Counted from the stretch's first letter, positions 11,721 to 25,881 are shown. The stretch: 64,000 nt of DNA from Vicugna vicugna (GCA_013265495.1 MU058540.1:2815696-2879695); one strand, 5' to 3'. The notes: generated by a model not told the origin, from the sequence alone. Numbers and translations: made by a program.

Positions 11721-14700
11721 GTGAGACTAGTCTCTAAAAGATGCTCTAGTATTCCAGGGTGTGGTCTGAGAGTGAGGATCTATGTTCCAGTCACCCAGCT
11801 TTAGCCATAACTGTGCCCTTCAACACTCTGGCTGGGATGAGGCGAGGCATCACTCTGGCAAACATAGACTTGGGTCCAAGTTCTGGCTTCATCACTGAGA
11901 GCTGGGTGACCTCACCCTTTGGAGCCTCTGCTTAGAGGGGTCTCCACCCAGCACCAGCTTTCTCTAGCTCCAAAACTGTAGGGCAAGCGTGCCTTGGGAG
12001 TACCAGGCAAGATTGTGAAAGGATAACCAGTGGTCACTTCAACAGGAAGTCCCAGAGATTAACACAAGAGACTGGCTTGCCATGAAACGGAAAGAGTGGT
12101 TAAGAAAGAGGCAAGACTGTTAACAGTTCCAGAGCTCGTGGGCTCCTAGGGGCAGTAGTTGCCTCATTGTAGTGTCCAGGAGACACGGGACTGCGTGCAC
12201 GAGAGGAGACGGGAGCCTCTGAGAGGTGGGAGACTCCCTGGAGTTGCAATGCTTCTTTTCTTTGGAGGGGTGAGGATGGGGGAGGGAGTGGCAGTCCCCA
12301 CCCAGCTCCTCTGGGACAAGGTGCACAGGGCTGAGCCCTCTTTTCTCATGAATTTGGAGCTCTTTGCATAGTCTAGTGAAAGGCACTTGGGCAAGAGACT
12401 GGGATAGATCACTTACTCTTAAGTGGCCTTGTGACCCAGGAGAAGTCACCCGGCTTCTTAGAACCTCGGTTTCTCTAGCAAGTTAGTTGGGGGAAGGAGG
12501 ATAAATAGACTAGAGCATTTCTCAGACTCACCAACTTGGACAGTGGGGGTTCTGTGACTATCACTATTATTTGTAGTTATTGAAGTAGGTAAAGAGCAGA
12601 CTCAGTTCCTTGGCCCTTTGGAGAGAGGATGTTGGAACTGGGGGAAGCCCTAAGGCACCTGAAGACGCTCTATTGTGGTTCTGTCCTGTCCCCAACCCCA
12701 CCCTTCTTACAAGGCTCTCCGCTTCCCCAGGAAAGCCTGTGGTGCCAGCTTCCTGAACTGCCTCCTGCAGCCGGGAGCCGATTCCGGGGATGCCTGGCTC
12801 TCAAGCTTTATATGATTTGTTGGGCGAGGAAGTGGGGAGGGGTAGCAGTGCTGGGGGTTTGCGTACATGTGTTCCTGGACAAGAGGAGGGTTTTCACTGT
12901 TAAGGGGGTGAAGTGGCGATGATTGCAAGGGGAACGTTGTGGGGGAGGGGGCTCTGACAGAGGGCTGCTCCTGCTGGCTGACTCTGAGCGCCACAGGGAC
13001 TTCTGTGCCCACCAGTGGCTATGAGGGGTGTCGTGTTGACGGTGAGAGCTGACTGTGAGGGAGAGGTGGGTGAGGGTGATGGCTGACTGAGTTGGACTGG
13101 CTGAGGAGGGAGTGTATGCACGTGCGTGTGTGCACGTGTGTGTGTCCGCATATGTGTGCACCGACTGAAGGATGTTTCCACTGTTTCTGAGTGGCCATAC
13201 CTGTCCGTGAAGAAGGCACAAACTGCTTTTAGGATGTGTTGTAAGGCCGTGAAGGGGGTGTCCACTGTCCCTGCCTGTTGGTGATGGGAACTTTGAGGCA
13301 GAGCTCGCAGTAGGGCACCTGCTGCCTTTCTGCCCCAGGCCTCCTGACAGGCAAGGAGGGGGCACTGGGTGCCTTCCAGGGAGGGAAGGATTGATGGACT
13401 CAGAGAGCTGGTGCTGAGCCTGAGGCATAGTGGGGACTGGCACGGTGTCCAGGAGGTGCTGCTTTCTTACAAAGTGCCACGGGACATATGGAAACGGGGT
13501 GCAGCTTGACCGGGAACTCCCTGACAGGGATGCCGAGAGTGTCCCATGTGGCCGTAGGGAATCTATTTTAGGATTCTAACTCCCTTCACTTGTGGGAGCC
13601 TGACAGACTCAGTGCCATGGCACCCACATCACAACTTCCCCCGGCACTTCAGTTCTAGAAGCTTCCGCACTGGGAATCTTATCTTGTTATCTCCACCAGC
13701 TGAAGTATGCATGAAACTTGAGTTTCTAAGTCTCACAGCCAGAGCAAAGCCTGCTCACTCCGCCCTGCGCTGACGCTCTGTCCCATCATGGCTGCTCTGC
13801 TGGGCGTCTGCGACCCGCAGAGAGGCCTTCTGGCCACTGAGAAGGTGCCTCTCCAAGAAGAGGTCTTGGAGCTAGTCTGTCCCATGACAAATGAGGAAAG
13901 TGAATCTGGTGCCATATTTGCTTCTAACATCATGGCTTGGGCAGCTCTCTGCCTCTTGGAGCCTCCCTCCCTCAGTTTCCTCATCTGTCGAGTGGGGATA
14001 AATCATATCTGTTCAGTACCCAGCTTTTATGGGGCTTAAATGGAATTTCACCCTCATCCATGTTGTTACCGCCACCGTCATTGCTACCTTTACCCAGTGG
14101 TTGCTATGTGTGGGTGTTTTACATGGATTCAACATATAAAATATTCAACAAATGTTTGCTGAGCTCTGACTGTGAGGCATAGTCCTAGGTATTTGGGATA
14201 GAGCAGTGAACAAAAGAGTAAACTCCCTACTCACTTTAGACTTCTATTTCAGTAAGAGGAGATACAAATTTTTAAAAATAAATCAATTAAAAGACTATTC
14301 TGGAAAGGTGACAAGTGCTAAGAGAAAGTAAAGCTGGAAAGGAAGGTGGGCTTCGCTGGGAAAGGGAGGTGGTGTTTCAACTTCAATTATCTCTTCTAAT
14401 CCTGCGTGGTTGGTATTAGTCCTGTGTTGCAGTGAGGATACTGAGGCACAGGGATGCTATGTGACATGCCCAAGGTTGCACAGCTAGTGAGTGGCCGGGC
14501 TGGAGAGGCAGAGTCTGTCTGACTCCAAAGCACTGGGACTGAAAGTCACTTCCTCTCTTGACCTCCTTTTCCACATTTATGGGTCAAAAGGGTGGGATCG
14601 ACCCTCTTCTGGTACTGAGTGAGTGTTTCTTTGATTATAACACACAAGACCCAAGGCCAGTAGAGGGCCAGGGGTGAGGAAGGGCGACCAGGGAGGGAGG

Positions 14701-17700
14701 GGGCTCCCCTTTTAGGGGGATGGTGGGTGTGGATGGATGTGGCCCAAAGAAAGGTGTGTATCTCGTCATTGTTTCCAGGGCCAAATGGGGGTGATGCAGG
14801 AATAGGAGCTCCTGGGGGAAGGACAATTATGCTAGTGTAGTAAATTCTCTATTCTAACACCTGGAATCTCACTCTTGGCTTCCCCACTTCCCCCAACCTG
14901 CTTTTTGTTAAGAAAACTTTCAAATCTACAAGAGTTGAGCACAGTACAATGAATGCTATTGGCTAACAATCTGCCCCATTTACCTCCGCCTACAACATTT
15001 CCTGTTAATTTGCTTGTGTATTTACTCAGAACCATTTGAAAGTGAAATGCAGGTATTACACACCTTAGCACGGATCCCTTAAAGGCAAGGAGACTCTCCT
15101 TCACAATCACAACACTCGTATCACACCTAAGAAACTTCATATTGCTCAGTGACTCTCATCTAATATAAAGTCCATATTCAAATTTCCCCAGTTGTCCCCC
15201 AAATGTCTCTTATTCTTACTATTTTTTTCTGAAAGAGAATCCAGTTAATGATCACATACTATATTTAGGTGTCATTTATCTTTATTTTCTTGGATATAGA
15301 ACAGTCCCCCTGCCTTATTTTTAATTTTACAACTTCAGCAGTTTTTGAGTTTACTCAGTTGTCTAGCAGAACATCCCACATTCTAAAGGACACTGTGAGT
15401 CAGCGGAGGAAGCAGTGAGTAGTTGAGAGTCCAACGTGCCCAGAGCAAGGCTGGGTACCATGAGAGGATCCTGGGTTAAGTCTGATCTCCCCTGCCCTGG
15501 AATTCCTTGCTGAATTATGTCACCTCTCCTAGGAAGTCCTCCCTGATAGACACTGGCAAGTGAGTTGCTCCTCTTGCATTGCTCTCACAGCACTTGGAAC
15601 ATAGGTTTGCTGCCCCTTCCACACTGCACTGTAGTTAATTTTGCGTCCTTTCCTGAATAAGGCTGTGTGAGTGCCTTCAGGGGAAACCAGCAGTAAGTTC
15701 ATACCTGTACCTACAGGGCCAGGACTCCACTTGGGTATGTAGCTTGTGTCCTGCACAAGGATGCCTGGCCAGGGGGGTGAGTGGGGACTAGAATCCAGCC
15801 CACAGTCCACTTGCCAAACCATGGGCCCTGGCACTGGGCTGTGTCTGCTGGGAGGAAGGGGCACCTTTCCTAATCCGTCTAATGGAACCACATCATGGCA
15901 GACCCGCTTTCCACTGTGCTGCCATTCAAGTCGTGCTCAGTTAACAGTTGTCCTTACCTGCATGCTAGATCTTGGGAAGAGTTTGGGCAGAAGAGATGTG
16001 CTGGTAATTGTTCTTTGTGAGGAAAACCCCCCTAATTTGTAGTATTTGCTAATTCCCATGACGTAGATACTCCCACAGTGGCTGATCCCAAGCCACTGAG
16101 TTGGGAAGAGAGGCACACAGTTGGCTCTTGCAAGCCACTGGATGTGGCTCCAGCACAGCACTGTGGTTTTACATTTATAATCTTAAAACTGCATCTGAAG
16201 CAGACTTTGAAGGCCCTGGAGAGAGAGATAAAGAGAGACAGCGATGGAGAGAAACAGATGGAGAGGAAAAACAGACAGGAAGGAAGAGAGGCATTGACTA
16301 GAGGGGAGACAGAGACTCTACTTCACTCTAAGGCTTGGGGCCTCCCCAAAGGTGAGGAATTGCTTCATCCAAGTCCTATGCAACCTATGTGAAGGAACTT
16401 GCCCAAGGAGAGGCTGGGCCAGTGGCTTCAGACCCCTGGAATGAGCCCGTTATCCCTGAAGCAGAGCCCCTGACTCCTCTACTCAGCCTGTCTGTGAACT
16501 GTGACCCCAACAGAGAAGCCCAGAGTGAGTGAGGTGTTCCTGTTGCCTCAATTCCTCTGCACATACTGTCCACTGCTTCTAAATCCTATTTGCCTCCTTT
16601 AGAGCTTGGCCCAAGTGCCCCCGCCCACAGGAAGCTGCCTATGTGCACATCAAGCTCCTCCCACGCTATTCAGTTTTATGCGCCCCAGACTTATCTGCCT
16701 CTCCAGGGCAAGACCAGACTCTGCTCCTTCCAGATTCCAGCCTCCCACTCTCCTGCCCTGGGCCCTCACCTGGACAAATTCTTATCCATCAAAATCTTTA
16801 TCAATTGACTGACTGACTCAAGAGCTTCAGTGACAGATGAAAGTACCCCAATTAATGAATTGGATAACCCTTACTTGAGTATCCACTATGTGCTAGGAAG
16901 CTGGGAGCAATGTGGACTGATGTACAGAGTGACATTCATGTGGGGGAGCCCAGAACATCATGGGGCCATAGATAAAGGGGCACAAACCCTGCTTTCAGTG
17001 GCTGCAGGGAGGCTCTTGGAGGAGGTAGCCCCTAAGGTGAGGGAGGAAGAGGTATCAGCTAGGCAAGACAGGGAGAGAATCGGGGAGGTTAAGGGCAAAG
17101 GGAGCAAGGGTAGGAGAGAATCTGGGATTCCAGGAAAGAAGTGTGGTTCAGAAAGGTTGACATGGACCATGATGGGGTGCAGCGGTGAGGGCGTCAAGGA
17201 GGGGCATGTCTTGAAAGGCCAAAAGAGCCACGGGGTGGGGGCAGCTACTGATTTGCTGGTGTGTATGTTGAAGGAGTAGAGAAATGTTGAGGAGGGAAAA
17301 AAACGCTGGAGGCCCGTTGAGGCTGAGAAAGGGAGAAGGGAAGGGTGGAGAAAGCCCCTTCAGGAAGGCGAGACGTGAGATGAGCTGGAGGAGCAGCAGG
17401 AGAGACGGCTCAGTAAGCTGCTTCTGGTCCTTCAGACGGTGAGATCCTGGACCACCCTGGGTAACCACCCCCAAGTCAAAAAATAGAATGTATAACGGCC
17501 AGAGAAGACTTCTGACAGTTGAGCAGAGAACTGAAGGAGATGAGGGTGTGTGGATAGCTCAGGGAAGAGCATCCAGGCAGAGGGAACAGAAAGGGCAAAA
17601 GCCCTGAACGGGATGTGCTGGAGGCCATCAGGTGGGTCTGAGAGGTCAGATGAGGCAGGGCTTCCTCAGCCATGGTGGATTTTCTCCACGAGTGACGGGG

Positions 17701-17787
17701 ATTCATGGGACAGTTTTGAGCAGGGCTTGACTGTGTTCAGCAGCCCCGTGCTCCCTCATCTCTCCTCTGTCCCCAGGCCAGAGCACT

Positions 17788-17994
17788 ATGGAGAGTGGAC
17801 AGAGGGTGCCCCGAAAGGGCCGGAAGCTAGGCTCCAGCCGCCGGCGGCAGATGCGAGAAACAGCTGATGGCGAGGATGCCCCTGTGGCCCCAGGGCCAGG
17901 GTCCTGGTCCTCCCAGGCAGCAGCAGAGCTACAGGACTTCTTCCAGGACTGTGGTGCCAAGGAGAGGGGCTTTGTCACTCGAGAGGACCTGGCG
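17788..17994 (+). CDS. RAB44: RAB44 coding exon 1 (start codon, start of EF-hand region)
   Basis: Acceptor ccccag ending at 17776, so a non-coding exon lies upstream. MESGQRVPRKGRKLGSSRRRQ...AAAELQDFFQDCGAKERGFVTREDLA; donor gtgagt at 17995. Confidence 0.95.
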
Positions 17995-19294
17995 GTGAGT
18001 CCAAGGACCCATCCCACCCCCTGAATCCCTTTTCTACAGCCTCCTGAGACTCCCCATCCCAACAGAACTTGCCTGCTCTTTCCCCTTTCTCTCATCTTCA
18101 GATTTGCTCTCAGAAAAGGCTAGGAATGTGTTTATACTGACTAACACTTATAAGGCTAATTTATGTGTTACCCTCTTCCAGAAACATTTGCAGTTTAATA
18201 AAGGAAAGGTTTTCAGCCATAGAAGTAACTTGCATGTGGTATAATTTTAGGCCCACCGAGCAAGGAAGTTTATCTTGGGGAACATCAGGGCCCTGGAAAT
18301 CAAACCATGTCAATGACATAAACTTCAATGAAACAGATCAGCCATGGTTGTGCAAGACAGTAAGGAGTCTTAGGGTGTGGCCTTGACCAAGATTGGCCAA
18401 TTTTTTTGTCTGTTTGTTTCTCCTATTTTCTGCCAAGGGTCCTATGTGGGTTGCTGGATTCTCCCTGGATCTGCTTTCTCCTGATACTGCTCTATACTCT
18501 GGATTTTGTTCCTCCCCCATCAAAACTGACCCTTCCGATATTCCACCCTCAGGGCCACAAGAGGTACAAACGGCTGATGTTAAAATATATTTTTCAAAAT
18601 GGTTGAAAAAAAAAAAGACTTGAGTAGACATAAAATCAATACTTAGCAAATATCTAATTTATTATTATTATTATTTATTAATGAGGGAACCATTAAGATG
18701 TTATGGCAGGTTCCAGGAGCATTTGAGAAGCTGGGATATTTGTAGGCAACTTGACAGAAGAGTGTTAGGATAAGTTTCCTGAATTCAGTTTTTAAAACGG
18801 CTAATATCCAACAGGTCAGACAGCTTTGAGGTTATCTGTGCTACTAGACAAAAATTATTTTTACCTCTCCTGGGCAAAATCTACAAGTTAAAAAGTAACT
18901 TCAGTAGGTCTAGGACTTTTAATGAAAGGTAAACAATGAGATGAATTAAGTGCATTCCTCTCGTCTAGACAATGCCTAGGTAGTCATTACCCCCATGTAA
19001 TATTGAGACGACGTGCTGTCTACCTTTTTGTCTTATTTCCAAGTTTCAGATAATTTCCCGTGATTATACATAACCTCCAAAGTAAATTCTTGATACAAAA
19101 AGGCTGATCTCATTAGGTTTGGCTCGATTATCTCCATAGGTGCAACAAGGGTGTAAATAAAACATGTGGGCTCCCTTGACTGGGCTCTGCAAATGGAGGC
19201 TTTTGAAGGACTGAGCCATTTTAGTTTCTGTCCAGACAGTTTTCATGTGGAATCTTAAGCTGGACTTTAAAAAACTCTTGTTATTTGCACTTCT

Positions 19295-19410
19295 GGTTAG
19301 AGTGACCATCTGTCCCAGTTTGCCTGGGCTGGAGGGGCCCCTGGGATGTGGGACTTTCAGTGTTAAAACTTGGAATCTTTTGAGCATACTAGGGCTAGTC
19401 AGCCTCCCTA
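19295..19410. mobile_element. hAT-Blackjack-like (MER81/MER94) relic inside the ERV interval
   Basis: ttagagtgaccatctgtcccagtttgcctggg terminal motif. Confidence 0.4.
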
Positions 19411-21509
19411 CGTCTACCCTAAAGCTAGGAAACCAAGCACAAGCCTTTCTCTACCAGCTTTCACCTGCAGCACTTATAAATGTGAGGAACTTCCTTTCTT
19501 CTTGAGGTTCCCAATTTTTCTAAGGTCCCTGTCCTGTCCAGAATTCACCTTCCTCATCATCTGTTTCCAGACCAGGCTCCTGGGAGAGCTTTGCAGGCAT
19601 TGGTTCCACAAATGTCCCTTACTTGTCACACTTGATTAAATGAGAATCATCCTTTTAATATTACATCTAGTTGCACAATTATTTACCCAACTATATCTCA
19701 GTAAAAAGGAGGACAGGTTCTTACTGAACCTGTGTAAATAACTACATTGCCATGGAAAGGAAGGAGATTCAGGAAAAGTATTGGTTTCGGAATCAGGAGT
19801 GTAAAATTTCAGTTTATAAAAGCATACTCTCCTACTGAAGGTTAGAGACAGCTTAAGAAGACAGAGAAAGGACTTCCTCATACATCCATAAATATGGAAC
19901 AATAAAAAATAATGTCAACTGCATTCCCAACAAATAACCACAACTCAGTTCCTTCAACCATTCATTTAGTTCCGGGTAATTAATTCTTGTTCTGCTGGAT
20001 TTTGGGTGAGCTGGCTGCTTCTGGTCTGAAAACAGTCCTAGAAACTGTGACCCACTGGCTCACTCTGAAGGTCGGCTAAGTCAGCTTGGAATCCTGGACC
20101 CAAGTGAAGCATCAAGAGTTCATAGAACCTGGTACAGTCCTTTTCCACAAGGCTTTGAGTCTGTGCTTTGTGGAAGACACAAACTGGCCTGCAACATGTA
20201 ATCAAGTTTTCAGGCAAGGGTAGGAAAGTAGAAACGTGTTTAGTAACGAGACTGAAAGGCTGTGGTTATTTAGTACAGTAACTAAGAATATCCGAATGAA
20301 AGAGAGTAAAATGTTCTACTGGGATACAGTGTATAAATATTTCATAAGCGTTTGCTCAGTGTTTCCCCTGAAGGTAAGAACATATTATGCATAGCAAAAG
20401 CATTGAGAAATCTCCAGGGCTTTCCTATAAAGCATGCAATTTCTGAAATACGTATATTAATAGCGTTTTACCTTTGTAAACTTAGCTAGGAAAGGCTGAA
20501 CGTCTCTTCTGATCCGACAGTTCTTCCTATGATGCTCTTATAATGGTGTCAAGGTATTTAATAAATAAAGAGAAAAATATCCTGACATTTAAATTTAATT
20601 TACCTAAACTTAGGATCTGATGTTGAGAAGGCAAAACCAAAAGAACTATCAGAGAAGACAGGGCATTAGGTTAAGACAGAATCATGGGATTCTGAGAAAT
20701 AGTACTTGGTTACCTATTTAATCAAAGTGACAGCAAAACAAAGTATTTTGAAATAAATACAGAAGAAGGCAACACTGTTGTAAGGACATTTAGCTCTTTG
20801 ATAGGGAAAGTGGCTTTGCTTTTTGTTTTAAAGAAAATCAGAACACAATAAAGCCAAAACAAAGCAGAGAAAGTTATTCTGCTGAGATTCGCAATCAGTT
20901 ACCTGTGCAACTTACACAGATTATTAATAGTAACCTCTTTTTATCCCTTTCCTTAGAGCTTTAAGGCCAATTTGTCATTTTAATTGAGATGGAGCTGAAT
21001 TCTAGTTTTGCATTAATATAACATGTGGCGGTAAAGGTTTCATAAGATTTATTTTTTGGTATTTACTTTTAAACCCATCAAAGCTGAGCCAAATTTGGCA
21101 AAATGTTAATTTATATTTCATAGTCTATTTTACAGACTCAAGTGTTAAAAATCAAGACAACTAAGATTCCATTTCAGCAAACCCTCTACAACTCTTTATA
21201 CCTATTCAGATTTTGCTTTTAATCCTTTTTCATGTCCTGGAACAACTAGACACTTTAAGACAAAACCACTCTCCTTAAACCTTGAAAAGCAAAAACACAT
21301 CCCATTTTCCTTGCAGATACAGTTGCTTTTCTTTGTCACTATTGTTCCTCGTATTGTCTCAAACACCCTCAGTGATTATAACTTTCAACAAAGTAATTAA
21401 CCTCTGTTTCCCAGAAAGAACTAGGGGGTAAATAACTGAGAACTGACTAGCAAAGCTCACAAACACACATCACATGACTTTCTACAGTCACACATACCCT
21501 TGTACAACT

Positions 21510-21980
21510 TTAAAAAAATTATGATAAAATATACATAATATAAAATATGCCATTATAACCGTTTTTATGTGTAGAGTTCAGTGACATTAAGTTTATCCAC
21601 ATTGTTGTACAACCATCACCACCATCCAACTCCAGGTCTTCATCTTCTCTAAAGGAAACTGTACCTATTAAACACTAACCCCCATTCTCCTAGCTCCTCC
21701 TCTCCTAGAAACCAGGATTTTACTTTCTGTCTCCATAATGTGACCACTCTAGGTTCCTCGTATAAATAGAATCATACAGTACATCCATGTTGTAGCACGT
21801 GTCAGAATTCCCTTCCTTTTTAAGGCTGAATGATATTCCATCGTTTGTGTATACCACATTTCGTCTATCCATTCAACCCTTGACAAACATTTGAGTTGCT
21901 TCCATCTTTTAGTTATTGTGAATATTGCTGCTATGAATATGATTGTACACATATCTACCTCAATCCCTGCTTTCCCTGGC
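21510..21980 (-). mobile_element. L1 3' end nested in the ERV
   Basis: The - strand ORF fragment ...IFIAAIFTITKRWKQLKCLSRVEWIDEMWYTQTMEYHSALKRKGIL is the L1 ORF2 C-terminus, followed by L1 3'UTR. Confidence 0.85.
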
Positions 21981-24090
21981 ACAACTATTTAAAGTGGCAA
22001 AAATGAATTCATACACTAACATGACCCAAAGATATAGTTGCTTTTTAGCATATAAAAATAAGTAAAAGCATATAAATTTAAAATTCTGCTTAACAATCAA
22101 TGTTTCAGTGCTTTTTTCCTAGAAAATTTCCAGGTGACCAAAAAGTATTTATCCATTAATTTAATTACTATCAATTCAGGTATTTCAAGTTACCAAGGCT
22201 CTTGGAAATACAAGTACCGTTGATATAAAATTTGTTAGAATAATAAATCAACTGCGTAGAACACAAGTTTATATTTTTATAATCTTAAATATTATGTAAA
22301 GATAATGTTGGCTTATTTGAAAGTAAAACAAGATGAGAAGTATGAGAAGTATAGGAAATTCAGATTAACTAGTTTCTTTACAAAAAGCAAATCCAGATCT
22401 TATGAAAAATAGAATGTATACTTGTATTATATTTACTATAGGGCAGAGAAAACACAAATATTATTTATCTTTCATAAACCAGTCTAATTTGTCCAAAGAT
22501 TCTCCTTAATTATATGAACCTGGCTCCTTAAAAGTTTTCTGAGCTAGCAATTTCTTATAAAAATGAATTTTTTTTGTAAGCCCAGCACATTTAAAGCATT
22601 AGAAGTTCAGTTTCTTTATTTTCTGTGACTTTGGGGGCCATTAGATTTATATAAGCCCTTATTTGTCTCTACAAATCAATCCACACAGAACCCCTGTGAG
22701 GGACTCTAAGTTATCCATATCCAGATATAGAAAAATATTCACACTCACAATAAGAGGTAAGGGCCTTTTTGAATTACAGACACACAGACATACAGACAGA
22801 GAGAGTGTCTGGCTTCGTTTCTACAACTCCAGCCACAGGTCAAAAGTAAACACAGAAACACAAACACTCCCCAGTCCAGATTTCAAAGAGCTGTTCTTCC
22901 CAGTGGACACAAAATTCTTAACCGATCTGAGGTCACACATAGAAAAACAAACACCACCAACAACAACAAAAGATTAGCAAACCATATTTTCCGTTGTCTC
23001 TCAACTGACAGACACTACGTCTCCAACACACATGCCGGGGAGATCACACAACGGTCAGTCCATACAGTGGAATTCCCCATCCCGGCTGCCGCCACAACCA
23101 GAAACAGAAAATCAGCAAAAGCAGAAACAAAAACTAGAGAAACAGAATCAGCAGACTTAAAGTTCTATCACATGTGGGATTCCTTTCAAGAGCCAAGAAA
23201 ATAAGTGCCTGACCTCCTAGAACCCGTTTGGGGCTCTTTTCCGGCAACACAGTTCACTGGGTTCTGACAGCTGAGTCCAGTGGGGCATCTCTGGGGAACG
23301 CCCAAAACTATTAAAATAGAATTTCCAAAAAGGTAAAATCATGACCTCTAGGCAAAAATAAAATGAATCTATATCAAAAATTTTATTTAACTAATTAATG
23401 AGTTATGTTATGAATGGTTGAAAGAGCATTTAAAAAGCTCTAAGTAATTTGACCAAAAAAAGTTAGATGGCTGGGTTAGATTTTAAAAAGCTGGTTAATG
23501 TACAGCAGGTCATAAATCTTTGGGATTATCTGTTCCATCAGACAAAAATTATTTACATCTCTCCTGGACAAAAACCTGCAAGTTAGCATATGACTTCATT
23601 TAGTCTGGAATCTCTAATCAGCCCTGTGAGATGAATTAAGTACCTTTATACAGAATCTAGAAGATGCTTGTGTGGCTTTTGCCCCTGTAAAATACTGAAA
23701 GGATGTGCTGTCCATGTTTTGGACTTATTTTCAAGTTCCAGATAATTTTTGAATACTGATAAACACATTCTGGGGAGAATTTGCTACTATCCTCTATTAG
23801 AGTCCTAAAGGGATGAGACACGGAACAGATAAGTTTTGATGTTGGCTGGAGTAGGGAAAAAGAAGTGGAGGAAGTTCAAGGCTCTGCTGAGAGGGTGGCC
23901 TTGGATAGGGTCTGGGAGCCTCAAGGGTCAGCCTTGAAGTCAAGTTGTGGATGGGACTCCAAAACTGGGGAGGGGGGAGGAGGGGTGACTGAAGACAAAC
24001 ACCTCTCCTTTTTTTTCACCTTTCCTTTTTTGAGGGTGGCCCAGCACCTTCCCCAGTGGAAACAGCATCCAACTTACTTCTTCATTGCAG

Positions 24091-24202
24091 GTGGCCAAGT
24101 TCAGCTTCCTGGGCAGGGAGGAGGAACTGGAGATGATCTTTGACTGGGTGGATACGGAGCGGAAGGGACATCTCTCCCTTGAAGAATTCAGCTCTGGGCT
24201 CA
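24091..24202 (+). CDS. RAB44: RAB44 coding exon 2 (EF-hand)
   Basis: ttgcag|VAKFSFLGREEELEMIFDWVDTERKGHLSLEEFSSGL|gtatgt; 112 nt. Confidence 0.95.
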
Positions 24203-25881
24203 GTATGTCTGTTTTGAAGGGGCCTCTGGGGGGTGTTCCCAGTACGGGGTGAGGCTGGGCAGACAAGAGAGGCCATAGTGATACCCTATAAACCACAGGA
24301 CCATCACAACACCCCTGAGAGCAGTTCAGGGCGTGGATGATAATACAAACTACTGTGGAGATAAGGACACTAAGTGTGGGTGGGAAGACAGCTGGTTTGA
24401 GGCAGAACTGGGTCTTAAGATTCTAGCCGAGTAGACCTGCTCACTTCCTTTCCACCAGTGAGAGCAGTTCGTTGGCCAGGGGCCCCCTGAGCATTTCTTT
24501 CCTCCAGAAAGGCCTCCAGGCTTGCCTTCTGATACTTCCCTTGTCTTCTCCCCAATAAAAGGCTTCCCTTGAGCAAGAGGTTAAGCACCCCTGTTCTTGA
24601 GATGAGGGGACTTGTTTTTGCCTGAGGAAGTTCACATTCTGGTTTTGGTTAAAGGAATTCGAGGCCCCAAGGGAGCAGCAGGGGGTGATATGTAGTGGGT
24701 GGAAGCTTCCCAGGCTCTTAGCCCCCAGTGGGCCGGTTGCTCCAACACCGCTTCTCAAGACAGACCCAAATGGATCTAAAGACACCAAGGGCGGAGACAC
24801 ATTATCCCTGCTGAGCTCAGTGGGGGAAGAAGCACTTCCAGCCCAGGGAATGGCAGAAGTGGTGTCCTTGCAGAGACCCTGAAAAGCACAGCTCAGCCTT
24901 AAATGCCTGCAAAGTTCTCAGGTCTGCTGAGTCTCCAAGAGTTTGGGGGACAATAGAAAGAGAGGCCAGGAGTCTGCATTTACGGGCTGGGGCCACCCCA
25001 GGAGGTGGTTGCTTTGGTTCTGGTGATTGAGAAGCTGGGAGTAGGGAGGGGGAATGAGGACCCAGAATTGTGGAGTGGGGGAAGCAGAGGAAGCAGTGTT
25101 GTCAATGCAGCCCCAAGAAGCCACCTTCCCATCTGTATCCAGTCGTGCCCAGAGACTTCCCAATGTCTATGGAACAAAATTCAAACCCCTTCCCAGGGCC
25201 TACAGGCCAGCACCATCCCGATTCTGACAACCTCTTGGGCTTACTCAGTACCACTCGCCTCCTCCAGCATGCCAATCTGGCTCCTACCTCAGGGCCTTTC
25301 CATGTGTTATCCTTTCTGCCTGGAATATGCTTCCCTAGAAATTCACATGGCTTATTCCTTCTTCTTCTTCACATTTCAGTTTCACTGTCATTTCCTCAGG
25401 ACATTCCTGACCACCTCCTCCAAAGTAGACCCTGTCCAGCCTCTCAATGGAAATTACCCTGTTTATTCTTTTAGCTCACCTGACAAATTTTTTATTTTTA
25501 ATGTGCCCTTTTCAGTGTTCATAAAGTGTCAGATCCACCAGGGAAGGAGTTTGGGCCAATTTTGTCCCCAGCTTATAGTAGATGCTCAATAACTATCCCT
25601 TGACTGAGTTAAAAGAATGTGTTGGCCACCATGGAACTGCTATATGACTTCCAGCAAGTCTTTTGGCCTCTCTGGGCCTCAGATGTTCATCTATAAAATG
25701 GGTACAGTGTCTACCTTAAGTAAACTCCCAAGGTTGATGTGAGGAATGTATGACCATGGCTCTGTAAGTGTGACTGACACAGTTACAATGATTTCCCAAG
25801 GGCTGGAGCAGGGCAAGGGGGTAGGTCAGGGGACTGAGCCCATCTCCACTCTGCTCCCTTCTGTCCCACTCTGTTCCACAG

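Larger units (their letters stand above)
18578..23755 (-). mobile_element. Degenerate ERV1/MER4-group-like provirus with two LTRs in a RAB44 intron
   Basis: Two similar direct repeats of about 450-490 bp (18578-19070, TG...CA; 23309-23755). CTGA flanks both ends (4-bp TSD). AATAAA is on the - strand in each LTR, a PBS-like TGG lies next to the 5' LTR, and the AT-rich internal sequence has no long ORF. Confidence 0.7.

Noticed and set aside
25005..25592. 195-aa + strand ORF in a RAB44 intron
   Set aside because: It overlaps L2-derived sequence and has no coding signature.
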